A DNA stretch of 64,000 nucleotides from Thermofilaceae archaeon (GTDB taxonomy: Archaea > Thermoproteota > Thermoprotei > Thermofilales > Thermofilaceae), in NCBI GenBank assembly GCA_038861545.1, contig JAWCCZ010000004.1:32001-96000 (forward strand), read 5' to 3'. Both the position numbers and the translations under genes were made by a program. The notes below the pieces were generated by a model, which saw only the letters and a list, made by a program, of their open reading frames with translations, searched no databases and was not told where the DNA came from. Positions 36,730 through 46,613 of the stretch are shown here, piece after piece; within the stretch, counting starts at the first letter, position 1, and each line of letters starts with the position of its first letter.

Positions 36730-38001
36730 CTATCCTTCCGCTCTCGTTACGCTATCCGTATCTATGTGGTAAATGGCTACAAGCTTCCAGTCGAAACCCG
36801 TTGTCGTCCTGACTAGTTGGTATACACCATAGTCTCCTGCCGCTCTATCCCCGCTTGAGTCTAATGCGACTGTACCAGTTATACCGTAATACCTGGTCGC
36901 GACCAAGGGCATTACCTGTGCTATTTTTTCGCCATCGTACTCGCCGGATATCATGACGGATAAAGCTATAAGCCAGGCCGCGTCATAGCTGTTCATCGAG
37001 TAAGAATCTGGCTCTTCACCAAACCTGCTTTTGAACCTAGAAATGAAGTTGTCTTGTAGAGGGTTACCGGGGGGCACGAAGACCGTACAGGGTAGACCTC
37101 CAATCGCGATCGTTTCAGAGCTGGCTTCCTCGATCAGCTTCGAGTTCTTTGCAAGACCGTCAGTTCCATACCATTTCAATTTCGATAATATTGGGTTCTG
37201 TGCGGCTAGTTTTATAATAGGTATTCCCTCTTCAAATGATATTATTAGAACCGCTACATCTGATCCAAGTTTACCAGCAACATCCGCTAATTTGGCCACC
37301 TCACTTGAGAATTCCGCTGAATTCGGATCGTAGGGAACCCCTTCAACCGTGCCACCTAATCCTCTAAATCTATCTCTAAAGCTCTCGAATAAGCCCACTC
37401 CCCAAGCGTCGTTCGAATATATGACAGCGGCCTTTCGGAATCCATCGTTCCAAATTAATCTAGCAAGTGCTTTACCCTGGTATGTGTCTGGGGGTACAAC
37501 TCTGAATACAAAATCGCCAGCTATCGATAAAGCAGGAGCGGTTGATGACTGGCTGATAACTATTAATTTACGATCATCGGCAAAGGGCTTAACGGATGAA
37601 ACTTCCCTGCTAGCCATCGGACCTATAAACGCCTTAACTCCTTGGGCTGCGAGAGCCTCGATCTTAGATCGAGCTGTTTGTGGATCTGTAGCTGTGTCTT
37701 CGATTTTTAACTTAAATCTAAACTTGCTTCCTGTAGACTGTGCAAACGAATTAATATCTTCGATTGCTATTTCTAAGGAACGTTGATTACGTTTACCAAA
37801 TGAGGATAACCCGCCTGTTAAAGGGAGCAATGCTCCAATGTCGATAGTTACTGTTTCCTGCTCAGCTGGAGCAGGAGCTGGTAATACAAAGCGATCAACA
37901 GCTATTCCGGCAGCAATACCTGCCACAAGGCAGATAATCAATAGCGCGGCAGCTTTAGCCGGGAAGGCTCCTATTTTCTTAACTGACACCTTTGTCCTCA
38001 T
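36730..38001 (-). CDS. Branched-chain amino acid ABC transporter substrate-binding protein (LivK/LivJ-like)
   Basis: TM anchor, IGALLPLTG, EDT, FRVVPPD, YDAA, G.TG. Confidence 0.9.
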   Translation of the reverse strand: MRTKVSVKKIGAFPAKAAALLIICLVAGIAAGIAVDRFVLPAPAPAEQETVTIDIGALLPLTGGLSSFGKRNQRSLEIAIEDINSFAQSTGSKFRFKLKIEDTATDPQTARSKIEALAAQGVKAFIGPMASREVSSVKPFADDRKLIVISQSSTAPALSIAGDFVFRVVPPDTYQGKALARLIWNDGFRKAAVIYSNDAWGVGLFESFRDRFRGLGGTVEGVPYDPNSAEFSSEVAKLADVAGKLGSDVAVLIISFEEGIPIIKLAAQNPILSKLKWYGTDGLAKNSKLIEEASSETIAIGGLPCTVFVPPGNPLQDNFISRFKSRFGEEPDSYSMNSYDAAWLIALSVMISGEYDGEKIAQVMPLVATRYYGITGTVALDSSGDRAAGDYGVYQLVRTTTGFDWKLVAIYHIDTDSVTRAEG

Positions 38002-38154
38002 TAGAGCACCCCATTCGTTATCCTTTTATAAGTGTTTTCATCCAGAAACAGACATCCATCATGTATTAAATTTTAATTATATAAAAACTTTATTACACTA
38101 ATATATAAAAAGTGCAAGCATTACTAATATTTAAGATAACCATTTCGTAGAATT

Positions 38155-38895
38155 GTGACGCAAATAGCTATCTTGGGTAGTGCGGGGAGTGCTCCTTGGG
38201 CGCATAAAAACCTACCAAGCGTATTTATTGATGGCACTCTATTCGACTGCGGAGAGGGGGTTACCCGAGCCTTAGCGGAGCTCGATCTTTTAGATAAAGT
38301 TGAGCGAGTTTTTCTTACCCATATGCATATGGATCACGTGTCTGGTCTTCCGACATTGCTGCAGCTATATGCACTATCCGGAATAAAGGATGAAGTTTCT
38401 ATTATTGTTCCACTAAGTTGTAAGGATAAACTTCTTACTTTTTTGAATTCGCTTCATGTAGCAGGTAAGCTAAAATTAAATATATATGAAATACATGCCG
38501 ATGAATCACTAGGTTCGGTTAAAGCTTGTAAAGCCCTCCATTCAACCGAGGCTTTAGCCTATAAAATATTCGCTAGCAACGAGAAGATAGTTTACACTGG
38601 GGATACGGCACCGTGTAGTGAAGTTTTGGAGCTCTCCAGAGGGTGTAGTGTGATTATACATGAGTCCACATTACCTCCTGAGAAAGAGGAGCTAGTCAAG
38701 GTACTAGGTCATTCAACCCCGCGCGATGCTGGACGAGTTGCCGAAGACGCCGGAGCAAAAACTTTAGTTTTATTTCATCTTCCATATTTCTATTACCGAG
38801 GTCCAGGTTTCCTGGAGAAATTCATTAAGGTAGCTGCCAGCGAATTTACTGGCAACATAGTCATACCTGATGAACCACAATTCCTTGAATTATGA
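38155..38895 (+). CDS. Metallo-beta-lactamase fold hydrolase, RNase Z/ElaC-like
   Basis: LGSAG, DCGEG, THMHMDH, YTGDT, HES, HST, LFH. Confidence 0.85.
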   Translation: MTQIAILGSAGSAPWAHKNLPSVFIDGTLFDCGEGVTRALAELDLLDKVERVFLTHMHMDHVSGLPTLLQLYALSGIKDEVSIIVPLSCKDKLLTFLNSLHVAGKLKLNIYEIHADESLGSVKACKALHSTEALAYKIFASNEKIVYTGDTAPCSEVLELSRGCSVIIHESTLPPEKEELVKVLGHSTPRDAGRVAEDAGAKTLVLFHLPYFYYRGPGFLEKFIKVAASEFTGNIVIPDEPQFLEL

Positions 38896-38916
38896 GAGGA
38901 ATAGTTTTTACACCCC

Positions 38917-39624
38917 TTGAGCAGCAGCCATGCTATGCTACCGTCGATAGATCTACACATACATAGCCAGTTCTCACCATGCGCTGAGAACGTAACTATG
39001 TTAGACGACGCTAGAGTAGCCGTTGAAAAGGGCTTGCAACTGGTCGCTATCACCGATCATGGTACTGTTAGACACCCAGCTTGGCTCAACAAATACCTTA
39101 AGGAACTTGAGCGCGTTAAGGAGGTTTTCGGAGATAAATTAACTATTTTGAGTGGGATGGAGGTAGATATAATTGAGGGAGGTAAGCTTGCGGTTAGTAG
39201 GGAAATAATAAAATCTCTTGAAATCATCGTAGCTTCAATACACGTGGTGCCAGTAGGTGTCGGTATTATAGAATATTGGAGAAAAAGTTTGCTTAAAGCT
39301 ATCAAAGGAGGATATGTGAAGGTCTTAGGCCATCCCACAGACATAGGGTGGAAGAAGATTGCTCCACCTGTGGATTACGTACTCGAAGTTTTAGACGAGG
39401 CCAGAGAAGCTGAAGTTGCTATTGAAATTAATTTTCACCATAAGGATCCACATTTAAGTTTTCTGAAGTCCGCTGTGGAGAGGAAAGTAAAGTTAGTGCC
39501 CAATTCTGATGCACATAACTTATCAGAGATCGGGATGAGGAAGTGGCATTTAGAACAAATAAAAATTGTGTGTTCTCAGCCTGATAGCCTCAACTGGCTG
39601 AAGATTGAGGACCTCTTAACTTAG
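38917..39624 (+). CDS. PHP domain phosphoesterase (YcdX-like)
   Basis: DLHIHS, ITDH, GME, ASIH, GHP, EIN, SDAH. Confidence 0.88.
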   Translation: MSSSHAMLPSIDLHIHSQFSPCAENVTMLDDARVAVEKGLQLVAITDHGTVRHPAWLNKYLKELERVKEVFGDKLTILSGMEVDIIEGGKLAVSREIIKSLEIIVASIHVVPVGVGIIEYWRKSLLKAIKGGYVKVLGHPTDIGWKKIAPPVDYVLEVLDEAREAEVAIEINFHHKDPHLSFLKSAVERKVKLVPNSDAHNLSEIGMRKWHLEQIKIVCSQPDSLNWLKIEDLLT

Positions 39625-39667
39625 ATTTACCGTTTAGCTTTTTAAGTAACCCTTACAGTTAAAGTCG

Positions 39668-40912
39668 ATGGAAAAAATCGGTGTTGGAATAATTGGCTCC
39701 GGTTTTGCAGCTAAATTCCATGTCAAGGGGTGGGTCGGAGTTCGAAACTCTGAGATATCTGCCGTATATAGTAGGACGGAGGTGCATGCAAAAGAACTCG
39801 CTGCTCTTTGCGAGCAATTAGGTGTTGGAAAACCCAGGGTTTACACCGATATCCACAGCATGCTTCAGGATCCCACAATCAATGCTGTATGGGTTACATC
39901 GCCCAATTACACGAGGCTCGAAGTGGTGAGAGCTATAGCTGAGGAGGCCAGGCAGGGTAAAGGTAATTTAGTAGGTGTTGCCTGTGAAAAACCTTTGGCA
40001 AGGAATGTAAGAGAGGCACGTGAAATGCTGAATTTAGTCGAGAAAGCTGGTCTTCTTCACGGTTATTTGGAGAACCAGGTTTTCATGCCATCGGTGATGC
40101 GGGGTAAAGAAGTAGTTTGGAGATTTGGAGCCAAGTACAGTGGGAGACCTTACCTGGCTAGAGCCGCGGAGGAGCATGGGGGACCTCACGCTTCCTGGTT
40201 CTGGAAACCAACTCTTTCCGGGGGAGGTGTCCTGCTCGATATGATGTGTCATAGCCTTGAGGCTGCTAGATATGTAATGTGGAGCCCGGAACGTGGAAAG
40301 GATAGCATTAAGCCGAAGAAAATTTGGGGTGACATAGCTTCACTTAAATGGACTAGAAGAAATTACGCTGAACAACTTAGACAAATCTATGGTGCAGACT
40401 ACAATGCTGAGCCTGCTGAGGATTATGCTACAGCAGTTGTAATCTATGAGGATGAAGAAGGGAGTATCGCACTTACAGAGACCCATACTTCCTGGTCGTT
40501 TATTGGAGCCGGCCTAAGGCTTTCATTCGAAGTCTTGGGACCCGAGTACTCCCTCTCGATAAATACCCTGCAACCAGAACTTTTCACGTTTTTCAGTAGA
40601 CATGTAAAAATCCCTCCGAGTGAAGAATTTGTCGAAAAACAAAATTCTGACCAGGGGTTAATGCCAGTTATTCCGGATGAGGCGGTAACATACGGTTATC
40701 AAGCGGAAGATCGCTATATGATCGAATGTTTTCTTAGAGGAAAACAGCCTGGCGAAAATTGGCGGGATGGTCTACTTATAGTCCAACTAATGATGCTAGC
40801 TTATTTAAGCGCGGAAAAAGGACAGAAGTTAAACTTTGACCCAACACTTGTTGAGGACTATATACCACTTGTCCAGAGAGGTGGCTGGAAGCCTAAAGCC
40901 GTACTAATGTAA
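39668..40912 (+). CDS. Gfo/Idh/MocA family oxidoreductase
   Basis: GIIGSGF, CEKP, SGGGVLLDMMCH. Confidence 0.9.
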   Translation: MEKIGVGIIGSGFAAKFHVKGWVGVRNSEISAVYSRTEVHAKELAALCEQLGVGKPRVYTDIHSMLQDPTINAVWVTSPNYTRLEVVRAIAEEARQGKGNLVGVACEKPLARNVREAREMLNLVEKAGLLHGYLENQVFMPSVMRGKEVVWRFGAKYSGRPYLARAAEEHGGPHASWFWKPTLSGGGVLLDMMCHSLEAARYVMWSPERGKDSIKPKKIWGDIASLKWTRRNYAEQLRQIYGADYNAEPAEDYATAVVIYEDEEGSIALTETHTSWSFIGAGLRLSFEVLGPEYSLSINTLQPELFTFFSRHVKIPPSEEFVEKQNSDQGLMPVIPDEAVTYGYQAEDRYMIECFLRGKQPGENWRDGLLIVQLMMLAYLSAEKGQKLNFDPTLVEDYIPLVQRGGWKPKAVLM

Positions 40913-40963
40913 AACAATAATAAAAATTACTTTACCTTTTTATTAATTATTAAGGTTTCCAAG

Positions 40964-41887
40964 TCACCTTATGCATCGAGCGAAAGCTGTCAGTAGAACT
41001 CCTTTAGCTGCTTCTAACGGCTCTCTCCAGGTTTGCCCATCCTCCGGTTTAATTTCAAAACCTATATAACCGCTATAACCAATTTCAAGGAGTACTCTAA
41101 GCAAATCTGCGACCTCTTCGACTCCGTTCACCGAGCCTGGTCTATAAAAACCCGGATGTGTATCTACGAGCCGCCCGTCAGGTAAACGCTTAGCGCAACC
41201 GATATGGATGTGAGCCAAGTGGTTGCGCGCAATTTTGAGGTCTTCTGGCTTCTCATCAAGCATCGGAGCATGGCTTAAATCCCATAGCAAGCCGAAGTTT
41301 TCATGGAATTCTTTTACTTCGCAAGCAACCTCTACGGCATCATGGAGAGAGCCTATAAGCTGTTTTCGGTCCCATTCCCTATCAAAAGTCTCAAGGATTA
41401 AAGTAATCCCTAACCTGCTAGCTTCGGCTGTAAGCTCATTCAGGCTCTTGACTAAAGCGTCCTTCGCCGCTTCTCGATTTTCCATGCCTGGATCCTGTCC
41501 ACTACATAGAGCAACCTTTCTAGCACCTCGCTTAAAGGAGACATGAAGAGCTTTCGAAATAAACTCTACAGATTTCTTTCGCTCTTCTTCTTTAAGCGAG
41601 CAAAGGTTAACTCCCTGTGATAGAACTAACGGTTGTAGACTGACGACTATTTCAACATTAGCTGTCTCGATTAAACGGGAAGCAATTTCCCAGGAGTTAT
41701 CATCCATCAAGTTAATCTCAAACATTCTGAAGATACTGTCCTTCACTAGCGGTTCAAAGGTCTCCTTAACGGATGCAGGATCTCCGCTTGTAACACGGGG
41801 ATTCGCTATAAATACTACTAAGCTGAGATCCCAGGGAAATTTGCAGAAAGCTTCAAGCTGTCCCTTTCGCACGTTGATTGAAAACAT
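40964..41887 (-). CDS. Sugar phosphate isomerase/epimerase (TIM barrel)
   Basis: ILETFD, WDLSH, HIHIG, DTH, GFEIKP. Confidence 0.85.
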   Translation of the reverse strand: MFSINVRKGQLEAFCKFPWDLSLVVFIANPRVTSGDPASVKETFEPLVKDSIFRMFEINLMDDNSWEIASRLIETANVEIVVSLQPLVLSQGVNLCSLKEEERKKSVEFISKALHVSFKRGARKVALCSGQDPGMENREAAKDALVKSLNELTAEASRLGITLILETFDREWDRKQLIGSLHDAVEVACEVKEFHENFGLLWDLSHAPMLDEKPEDLKIARNHLAHIHIGCAKRLPDGRLVDTHPGFYRPGSVNGVEEVADLLRVLLEIGYSGYIGFEIKPEDGQTWREPLEAAKGVLLTAFARCIR

Positions 41888-41935
41888 GTTCTCAAGGGAA
41901 ATATTTTAACTGGTAGATAAATACCTCGTCTTTAT

Positions 41936-42793
41936 ATGAATGAAATGAGTGGCTCGCTTGTAAGATGCAACGTAAGCTTGGCGTACAGTATTAATGACCC
42001 AGCCGGAAAAGGTATCGCAGAAGCGCTTAGAAAACTTACGGAGGCGAGACCCATTCAGGCGCCCTATGCTGTTGAAGCTTGGCTTCTACCCGCCTTCAAT
42101 GCGCTTCTAGCGGGGTTTGCAGAAGACGTTCTCTACTTTGAATTCTTGGACAAGGTTACTGAGTGTAGCTTTCATCTAATTCTATCAAGACATAGTAGCG
42201 AAGCTGGCATAAAGTCGCTTACAGTCCACCACCCCGGTAACCCAGTAAAGGAGGCTAAAGCGGGAGGACAACCACTAGAGCTTCCACCATCTAACCCTCA
42301 TTATACTAAAGTACTTCTTCTAAATCTTTTCGCTAGCAAAGACAAGCTAAAAAATTTCAAAGTAACATATGAAGTAACTCACCATGGTCCCTCGTCGCTT
42401 TGCCGACCAGTCACCTTCATTGAAATCGGAAGTAGCGAGAATGAATGGTTGCTTAAGGAGGCACATGAAGTAGTTGCGGAGGCAGTAATTGAAACTTTGG
42501 TTAGGCAACCACCCTACTGTGAACCGACAGTGGGAATTGGAGGGAATCATTATGCGGGGCTCTTCACTGAAAGAGCATTATCTACAAACGAGGCCTACGG
42601 CCACATGATCGCAAAATACGCGTTACGGGATCTCGAAAATCCCACATTAGTGGAGAAAATTATTGAGCTATCAGTTTTGAGGAGTTCTATAATAACTAAA
42701 AAACTTGTTGTCGAGGAGAAACTTCGTAAAGCTTGGAGGGAAGCTGCGGAAAGAGTCGCTGAGAAACATGATCTAGAGTTAACCTACATTTAA
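41936..42793 (+). CDS. dtdA: D-aminoacyl-tRNA deacylase (archaeal DTD2)
   Basis: DPAG, LSRHSS, LTVH.PGN, YEVTHHGP, FIEIGS, GGNHY, GHMIAKY. Confidence 0.92.
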   Translation: MNEMSGSLVRCNVSLAYSINDPAGKGIAEALRKLTEARPIQAPYAVEAWLLPAFNALLAGFAEDVLYFEFLDKVTECSFHLILSRHSSEAGIKSLTVHHPGNPVKEAKAGGQPLELPPSNPHYTKVLLLNLFASKDKLKNFKVTYEVTHHGPSSLCRPVTFIEIGSSENEWLLKEAHEVVAEAVIETLVRQPPYCEPTVGIGGNHYAGLFTERALSTNEAYGHMIAKYALRDLENPTLVEKIIELSVLRSSIITKKLVVEEKLRKAWREAAERVAEKHDLELTYI

Positions 42794-42833
42794 CAGCCGC
42801 ACTTTTAAATACGACTGTACAACTCTCACTTAT

Positions 42834-43565
42834 GTGTACTTGAGGATACTTTTCGAGGAAGGTAAAGGGGACCTGGTGGCTTGGATCGATCAGGAGATAA
42901 CAGTTTTACCTTTGGAAAGTATTGCTAGAAAGTGGAAACATGAAATTTTCTTTGAAGTACCTATTGAAATTGGTAAGGAAGGGGTTGGAACCATAGAGAA
43001 GGGGGATATAGCTTACTGGCCGCCTGGCAAAGCATTGTGCCTATTTTACGGCTTTAGTCAGCCTTATAGTCCTGTCATCAAGCTCGGCGCTCTTTTAGGA
43101 GTACCTGATTTATTGGCTACCGTTGAAGATAATGTAAAAGTCAGGGTTGATCAGTACACCGACTATGGTAGACATGGAGAGATCGCTAGAAACCTAAGAG
43201 AGGTGGGTCTTAAAGCGGCATCTCACACGTGGGAGGGGGATGAGTACATCGCGGTTTTAGTTGAGGGTGCTAATAGTCGAGTTGGAATCGAAGTTTCAGC
43301 CGAAGATTTTGGATTCCATGCCCAAACTCAGCCGATAGCATTTTTCGATAATGTTCCTTCAACGGTAGCGTTCGTCAAAACAGTTGCAAAGGATATCTAC
43401 CCCACAGGTGTTAAGCTTGATGTAGATGAGGAAGGTTACCTAGTGCTCTCAGGCTTTTTTCAGAGTGTCGATGAGCTAGCTAGAGGATTGAAAAGGATGC
43501 TCTCAACCTATATGTATGTTGAACGCTCCATGATATCTTTTTATGGAGTACGTAGACCTGTTTAA
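42834..43565 (+). CDS. Cyclophilin-like (TM1367/DUF369) domain protein with extra C-terminal domain
   Basis: LPLES.ARKW..EIFF, GDIAYWPPGKALCLFYG..QP.SPV. Confidence 0.8.
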   Translation: MYLRILFEEGKGDLVAWIDQEITVLPLESIARKWKHEIFFEVPIEIGKEGVGTIEKGDIAYWPPGKALCLFYGFSQPYSPVIKLGALLGVPDLLATVEDNVKVRVDQYTDYGRHGEIARNLREVGLKAASHTWEGDEYIAVLVEGANSRVGIEVSAEDFGFHAQTQPIAFFDNVPSTVAFVKTVAKDIYPTGVKLDVDEEGYLVLSGFFQSVDELARGLKRMLSTYMYVERSMISFYGVRRPV

Positions 43566-43570
43566 GCAGA

Positions 43571-44485
43571 CTAAAAGGCTCTTAGCACGTGGGGGATCAT
43601 TAACTTAGTACTTTCAAATGGGTCAACAAATCCTATTAAACTGATTTCGATATTCAAATTCTTACGTTCTCTTACTTCAAAAAGCGTTTTCAAGAAAGCG
43701 TAAACGTCATCTACATCAAATAAAACAAAAGCTGAAACTCTGTTCACTTTAGGAACTACAATGTATGCTTCCTCAACTTTGAGAAACATAGCTACGGTGG
43801 ATTCGTCATGTGCTTTCATCTCGGCTAGCAATAAAGGTTTGGTGTAAAACCCTTCTAAAGCTGGATCTATAAAGATTCTCAGAAGAGGTTTAACATGCTT
43901 CCTATAATGATATGATAACCTGCTTTTACTAACATCTGGCAAAGCTCTAGAAATGGAGTTTGATAAATCTTCGTTGAGAACTTCTATAATTGCTATATCA
44001 TCTTTATCAATTCTTGTACGAGGTGGCTCAGGTAGCTTAAAATCTCCTTCCACCTTAATTTCTGCAAGCTTCAGTTGCGGCGCTGCTGGGATTACGTCAA
44101 AAACTTCAAATATACTTGAATTAGGAGGCAGTAAGACTTTAAACTCGTTAAACATCTCGCGTGGAACTAAGTAAACTGCTGCTTCTCCTCGTGTTCCATT
44201 TAACATGTAAACCGACAACTTGGCTATAGTGTTGGTGTTTAAGGGAAGAGAACCTTTAGCTGAGAAAACAAAAAACACTCGTCCCAGTGCCGCGAACGAT
44301 GGTAACGCACGTATTCTAAAACCTCTTCCCCTTAAGCTATTAAGCACTTCGTAGACATACTGCCTAGAAACACGTGCGATTCTAGCGGCTTCAGCAGCAT
44401 TGCCGTGTGTCTCGATGAAAGCAGCTAAAACCTTCTTTTTACTCGTACTGATATTGAAACCCCGGTTTTGGTACAAACCATTCAC
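43571..44485 (-). CDS. HTH/Lrp-like transcriptional regulator with two HTH modules
   Basis: GNAAEAARIARVSRQYVYEVL HTH; second IDKDDIAII..VSKSRLSYHYRKHV module; start moved to GTG 44485 to avoid overlap with the divergent gene. Confidence 0.7.
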   Translation of the reverse strand: MNGLYQNRGFNISTSKKKVLAAFIETHGNAAEAARIARVSRQYVYEVLNSLRGRGFRIRALPSFAALGRVFFVFSAKGSLPLNTNTIAKLSVYMLNGTRGEAAVYLVPREMFNEFKVLLPPNSSIFEVFDVIPAAPQLKLAEIKVEGDFKLPEPPRTRIDKDDIAIIEVLNEDLSNSISRALPDVSKSRLSYHYRKHVKPLLRIFIDPALEGFYTKPLLLAEMKAHDESTVAMFLKVEEAYIVVPKVNRVSAFVLFDVDDVYAFLKTLFEVRERKNLNIEISLIGFVDPFESTKLMIPHVLRAF

Positions 44486-44546
44486 CCGTTGAGTAAGCAG
44501 AAAAGAAAAACAACACATAAAAACCTCTTGCAAATTGCCCATCTTG

Positions 44547-44900
44547 ATGTCCGAAGAAGAAATGTTCGACCAGTTCGATAAAATGGTATTAGCAGGTATC
44601 GTACAAGAATACTTTGGCAGCATACTGTTTTCTAGAGGTGGTATGAGCCAGCATGAGTTTGTCGCCAGAGCCATAGCTGAGTTAACCGGCGCTCAGCAGG
44701 GTACAACTGAATATGAAGAACTCGTCAAAAGACTCTTAAAATCTGTTCAAAAACTTGCTGAATGGGGGCTTCTGGATCTTAGAGAGTATGAAGTAAAACT
44801 GACGGCATGGGGGCAGAGCGTAGCAAATTCAATAAGCGGTGATGAATTCAATAAAATAAAATCCGAGTTAGCTAAAATAGGGAGCCGGAAACGCAGGTGA
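44547..44900 (+). CDS. Hypothetical winged-helix protein
   Basis: VQKLAEWGLL..VKLTAWGQ wing pattern; ATG 44547. Confidence 0.65.
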   Translation: MSEEEMFDQFDKMVLAGIVQEYFGSILFSRGGMSQHEFVARAIAELTGAQQGTTEYEELVKRLLKSVQKLAEWGLLDLREYEVKLTAWGQSVANSISGDEFNKIKSELAKIGSRKRR

Positions 44901-45905
44901 TTAGATATCTACTTTGATTCCTTGCTCTCGTAAGAAAGCTTCTAACTCGCTCCTTCGGGGCATTCCAGACGTTGCTCCACGCTTAGTGCACTTAATGCCT
45001 GCTATGGCATTAGCCAGCATAGTGGCCTCCTCAAGGCTTCTCTCCTCTATAAGTTTGAAAACTATGAAACCAGCTGCCCATGCATCACCCGCTCCCGTTG
45101 TATCAACTACTTGAACCTTAAAAGCCTTGGAAAAGACTTCTTCACCGTTTCTGTTAGCGACGTAGGCTCCTTTTGAACCTAACCTTATTGCCACGTACTC
45201 CAACCGGCTGTTACAGGAAAACAAAAACCTAGCTGCCTGTACGTGATCCTCTGTTCCGAAGAGGGGAAGCATTTCGTCGTAACCGAACATCGCTACATCC
45301 GTGTAATTTAAAGCCTTATTAACGACTTCCTTTGCGGCCCATTGTGCGTTTGACCATATATCCGGCCTATAGTTAGGGTCTAAGGACACGTGAATACCCT
45401 CTTCAGCTGCGACTTTTATAACCTCAAGTATAGTATCGCGGAGCGGGGGTTGGGATAAAGCTACCCCGGATACATGAATTACACGTGATTTTTTAACCGC
45501 GCTCCAATCAATGTCTTCCACGGATAATAAAGCGTCCGCAGTCAACGCCCAAGGCGGTCTATAAAAGAAGAACTCCCTCTCCCCGTCCGGTTTAGCTGTC
45601 ACAAAAGCAAGGCTTGTCCTAGCACTTTTTCTGGCTACCCATCTTTCAAAAACCTTTTCCATCCTCAGGTACTCAATCAACATATCTCCAAGAGGATCAT
45701 TTCCAACGGCTCCCAAGAACGCGCTTTTGACGCCAAGCCTAGATACACCAATAGCAACGTTAGCTGGCGCACCGCCAAAGTGTACCTCAATGACTTCTCC
45801 CTCTTGGTAGCGGCCTACTTCTCTTGGTATTAAATCCACTAGTATTTCACCTGTGCATATTACTGGAATATCCATACGTGACACTCGGTTTTTAACCGAT
45901 CTCAC
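44901..45905 (-). CDS. PfkB family carbohydrate kinase
   Basis: GGAPANVA, DPNYR, DTTGAGDA. Confidence 0.93.
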   Translation of the reverse strand: MRSVKNRVSRMDIPVICTGEILVDLIPREVGRYQEGEVIEVHFGGAPANVAIGVSRLGVKSAFLGAVGNDPLGDMLIEYLRMEKVFERWVARKSARTSLAFVTAKPDGEREFFFYRPPWALTADALLSVEDIDWSAVKKSRVIHVSGVALSQPPLRDTILEVIKVAAEEGIHVSLDPNYRPDIWSNAQWAAKEVVNKALNYTDVAMFGYDEMLPLFGTEDHVQAARFLFSCNSRLEYVAIRLGSKGAYVANRNGEEVFSKAFKVQVVDTTGAGDAWAAGFIVFKLIEERSLEEATMLANAIAGIKCTKRGATSGMPRRSELEAFLREQGIKVDI

Positions 45906-45979
45906 GGCTTTAAATAAGTAAAGTTGGGGAAACTTTATATTTGAAAGTTCATTTCCCTGTGGACGGAAAGGGGGTTAAA

Positions 45980-46423
45980 ATGCTTGGCTTTAACAGGAAC
46001 GCGCGGGCAGCTACTGAAGCCCTGCTGGTTATAGCGTACTTGCTTATTTCAGCTGGATTACCCCGAAGTAGCGCTATTGTGTTAGCAGCGCTATATTTGT
46101 TCAGTCAACCTCTCAGCAGTAAAGAGTTAATTCGGATTACCGGCTATAGTAAGTCCGCAATTTCAGCCGCTACCAGAATGCTTGAAAGTAAACGCTTGAT
46201 TGCTAGATGCAAGCATGGAAGGGAATTCGCCTACAAGCCTCAAACAACATTAGGGAAGGCCCTGCTTGAACTACATGCTAGTATATTGGAAAGGGCTAGG
46301 AGGCATGTAGCCATTTTACTTAAAAACAATAATCTTTTGCACGAGCTTAATCTCGCTTCGATTGAAAATGAGCTTAACTCACTTCTCAATAAATTCGCTG
46401 GTGAGTTGAATGAAAGAAACTAA
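45980..46423 (+). CDS. MarR/GbsR-like transcriptional regulator
   Basis: PLSSKELIRITGYSKSAISAATRMLE wHTH. Confidence 0.75.
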   Translation: MLGFNRNARAATEALLVIAYLLISAGLPRSSAIVLAALYLFSQPLSSKELIRITGYSKSAISAATRMLESKRLIARCKHGREFAYKPQTTLGKALLELHASILERARRHVAILLKNNNLLHELNLASIENELNSLLNKFAGELNERN

Positions 46424-46613
46424 GATAATCCTACGAAAAAACGCGGATGAAACTACCAATCTCTTAGCTGTAAGCTCCGAAGCTCAGAGAATCATCATAG
46501 TAGTAGAAGCAGATGATAAAACTTCCGCTATAGAGAAGCTCAGGGATTTCCTTCTATCTAACATAGACAAAACGATCGTAGTTTACGCCAGTAACTTAGG
46601 TGGAGAGGGATGA
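46410..46613 (+). CDS. Small hypothetical protein
   Basis: Overlaps both neighbours (GGTGAG SD; ATGA overlap with next gene). Confidence 0.6.
   Translation: MKETKIILRKNADETTNLLAVSSEAQRIIIVVEADDKTSAIEKLRDFLLSNIDKTIVVYASNLGGEG

Noticed and set aside
44486-44674. Long N-terminus of ORF 43571..44674
   Set aside because: Overlaps the divergent gene at 44547 and looks non-coding; start moved to 44485
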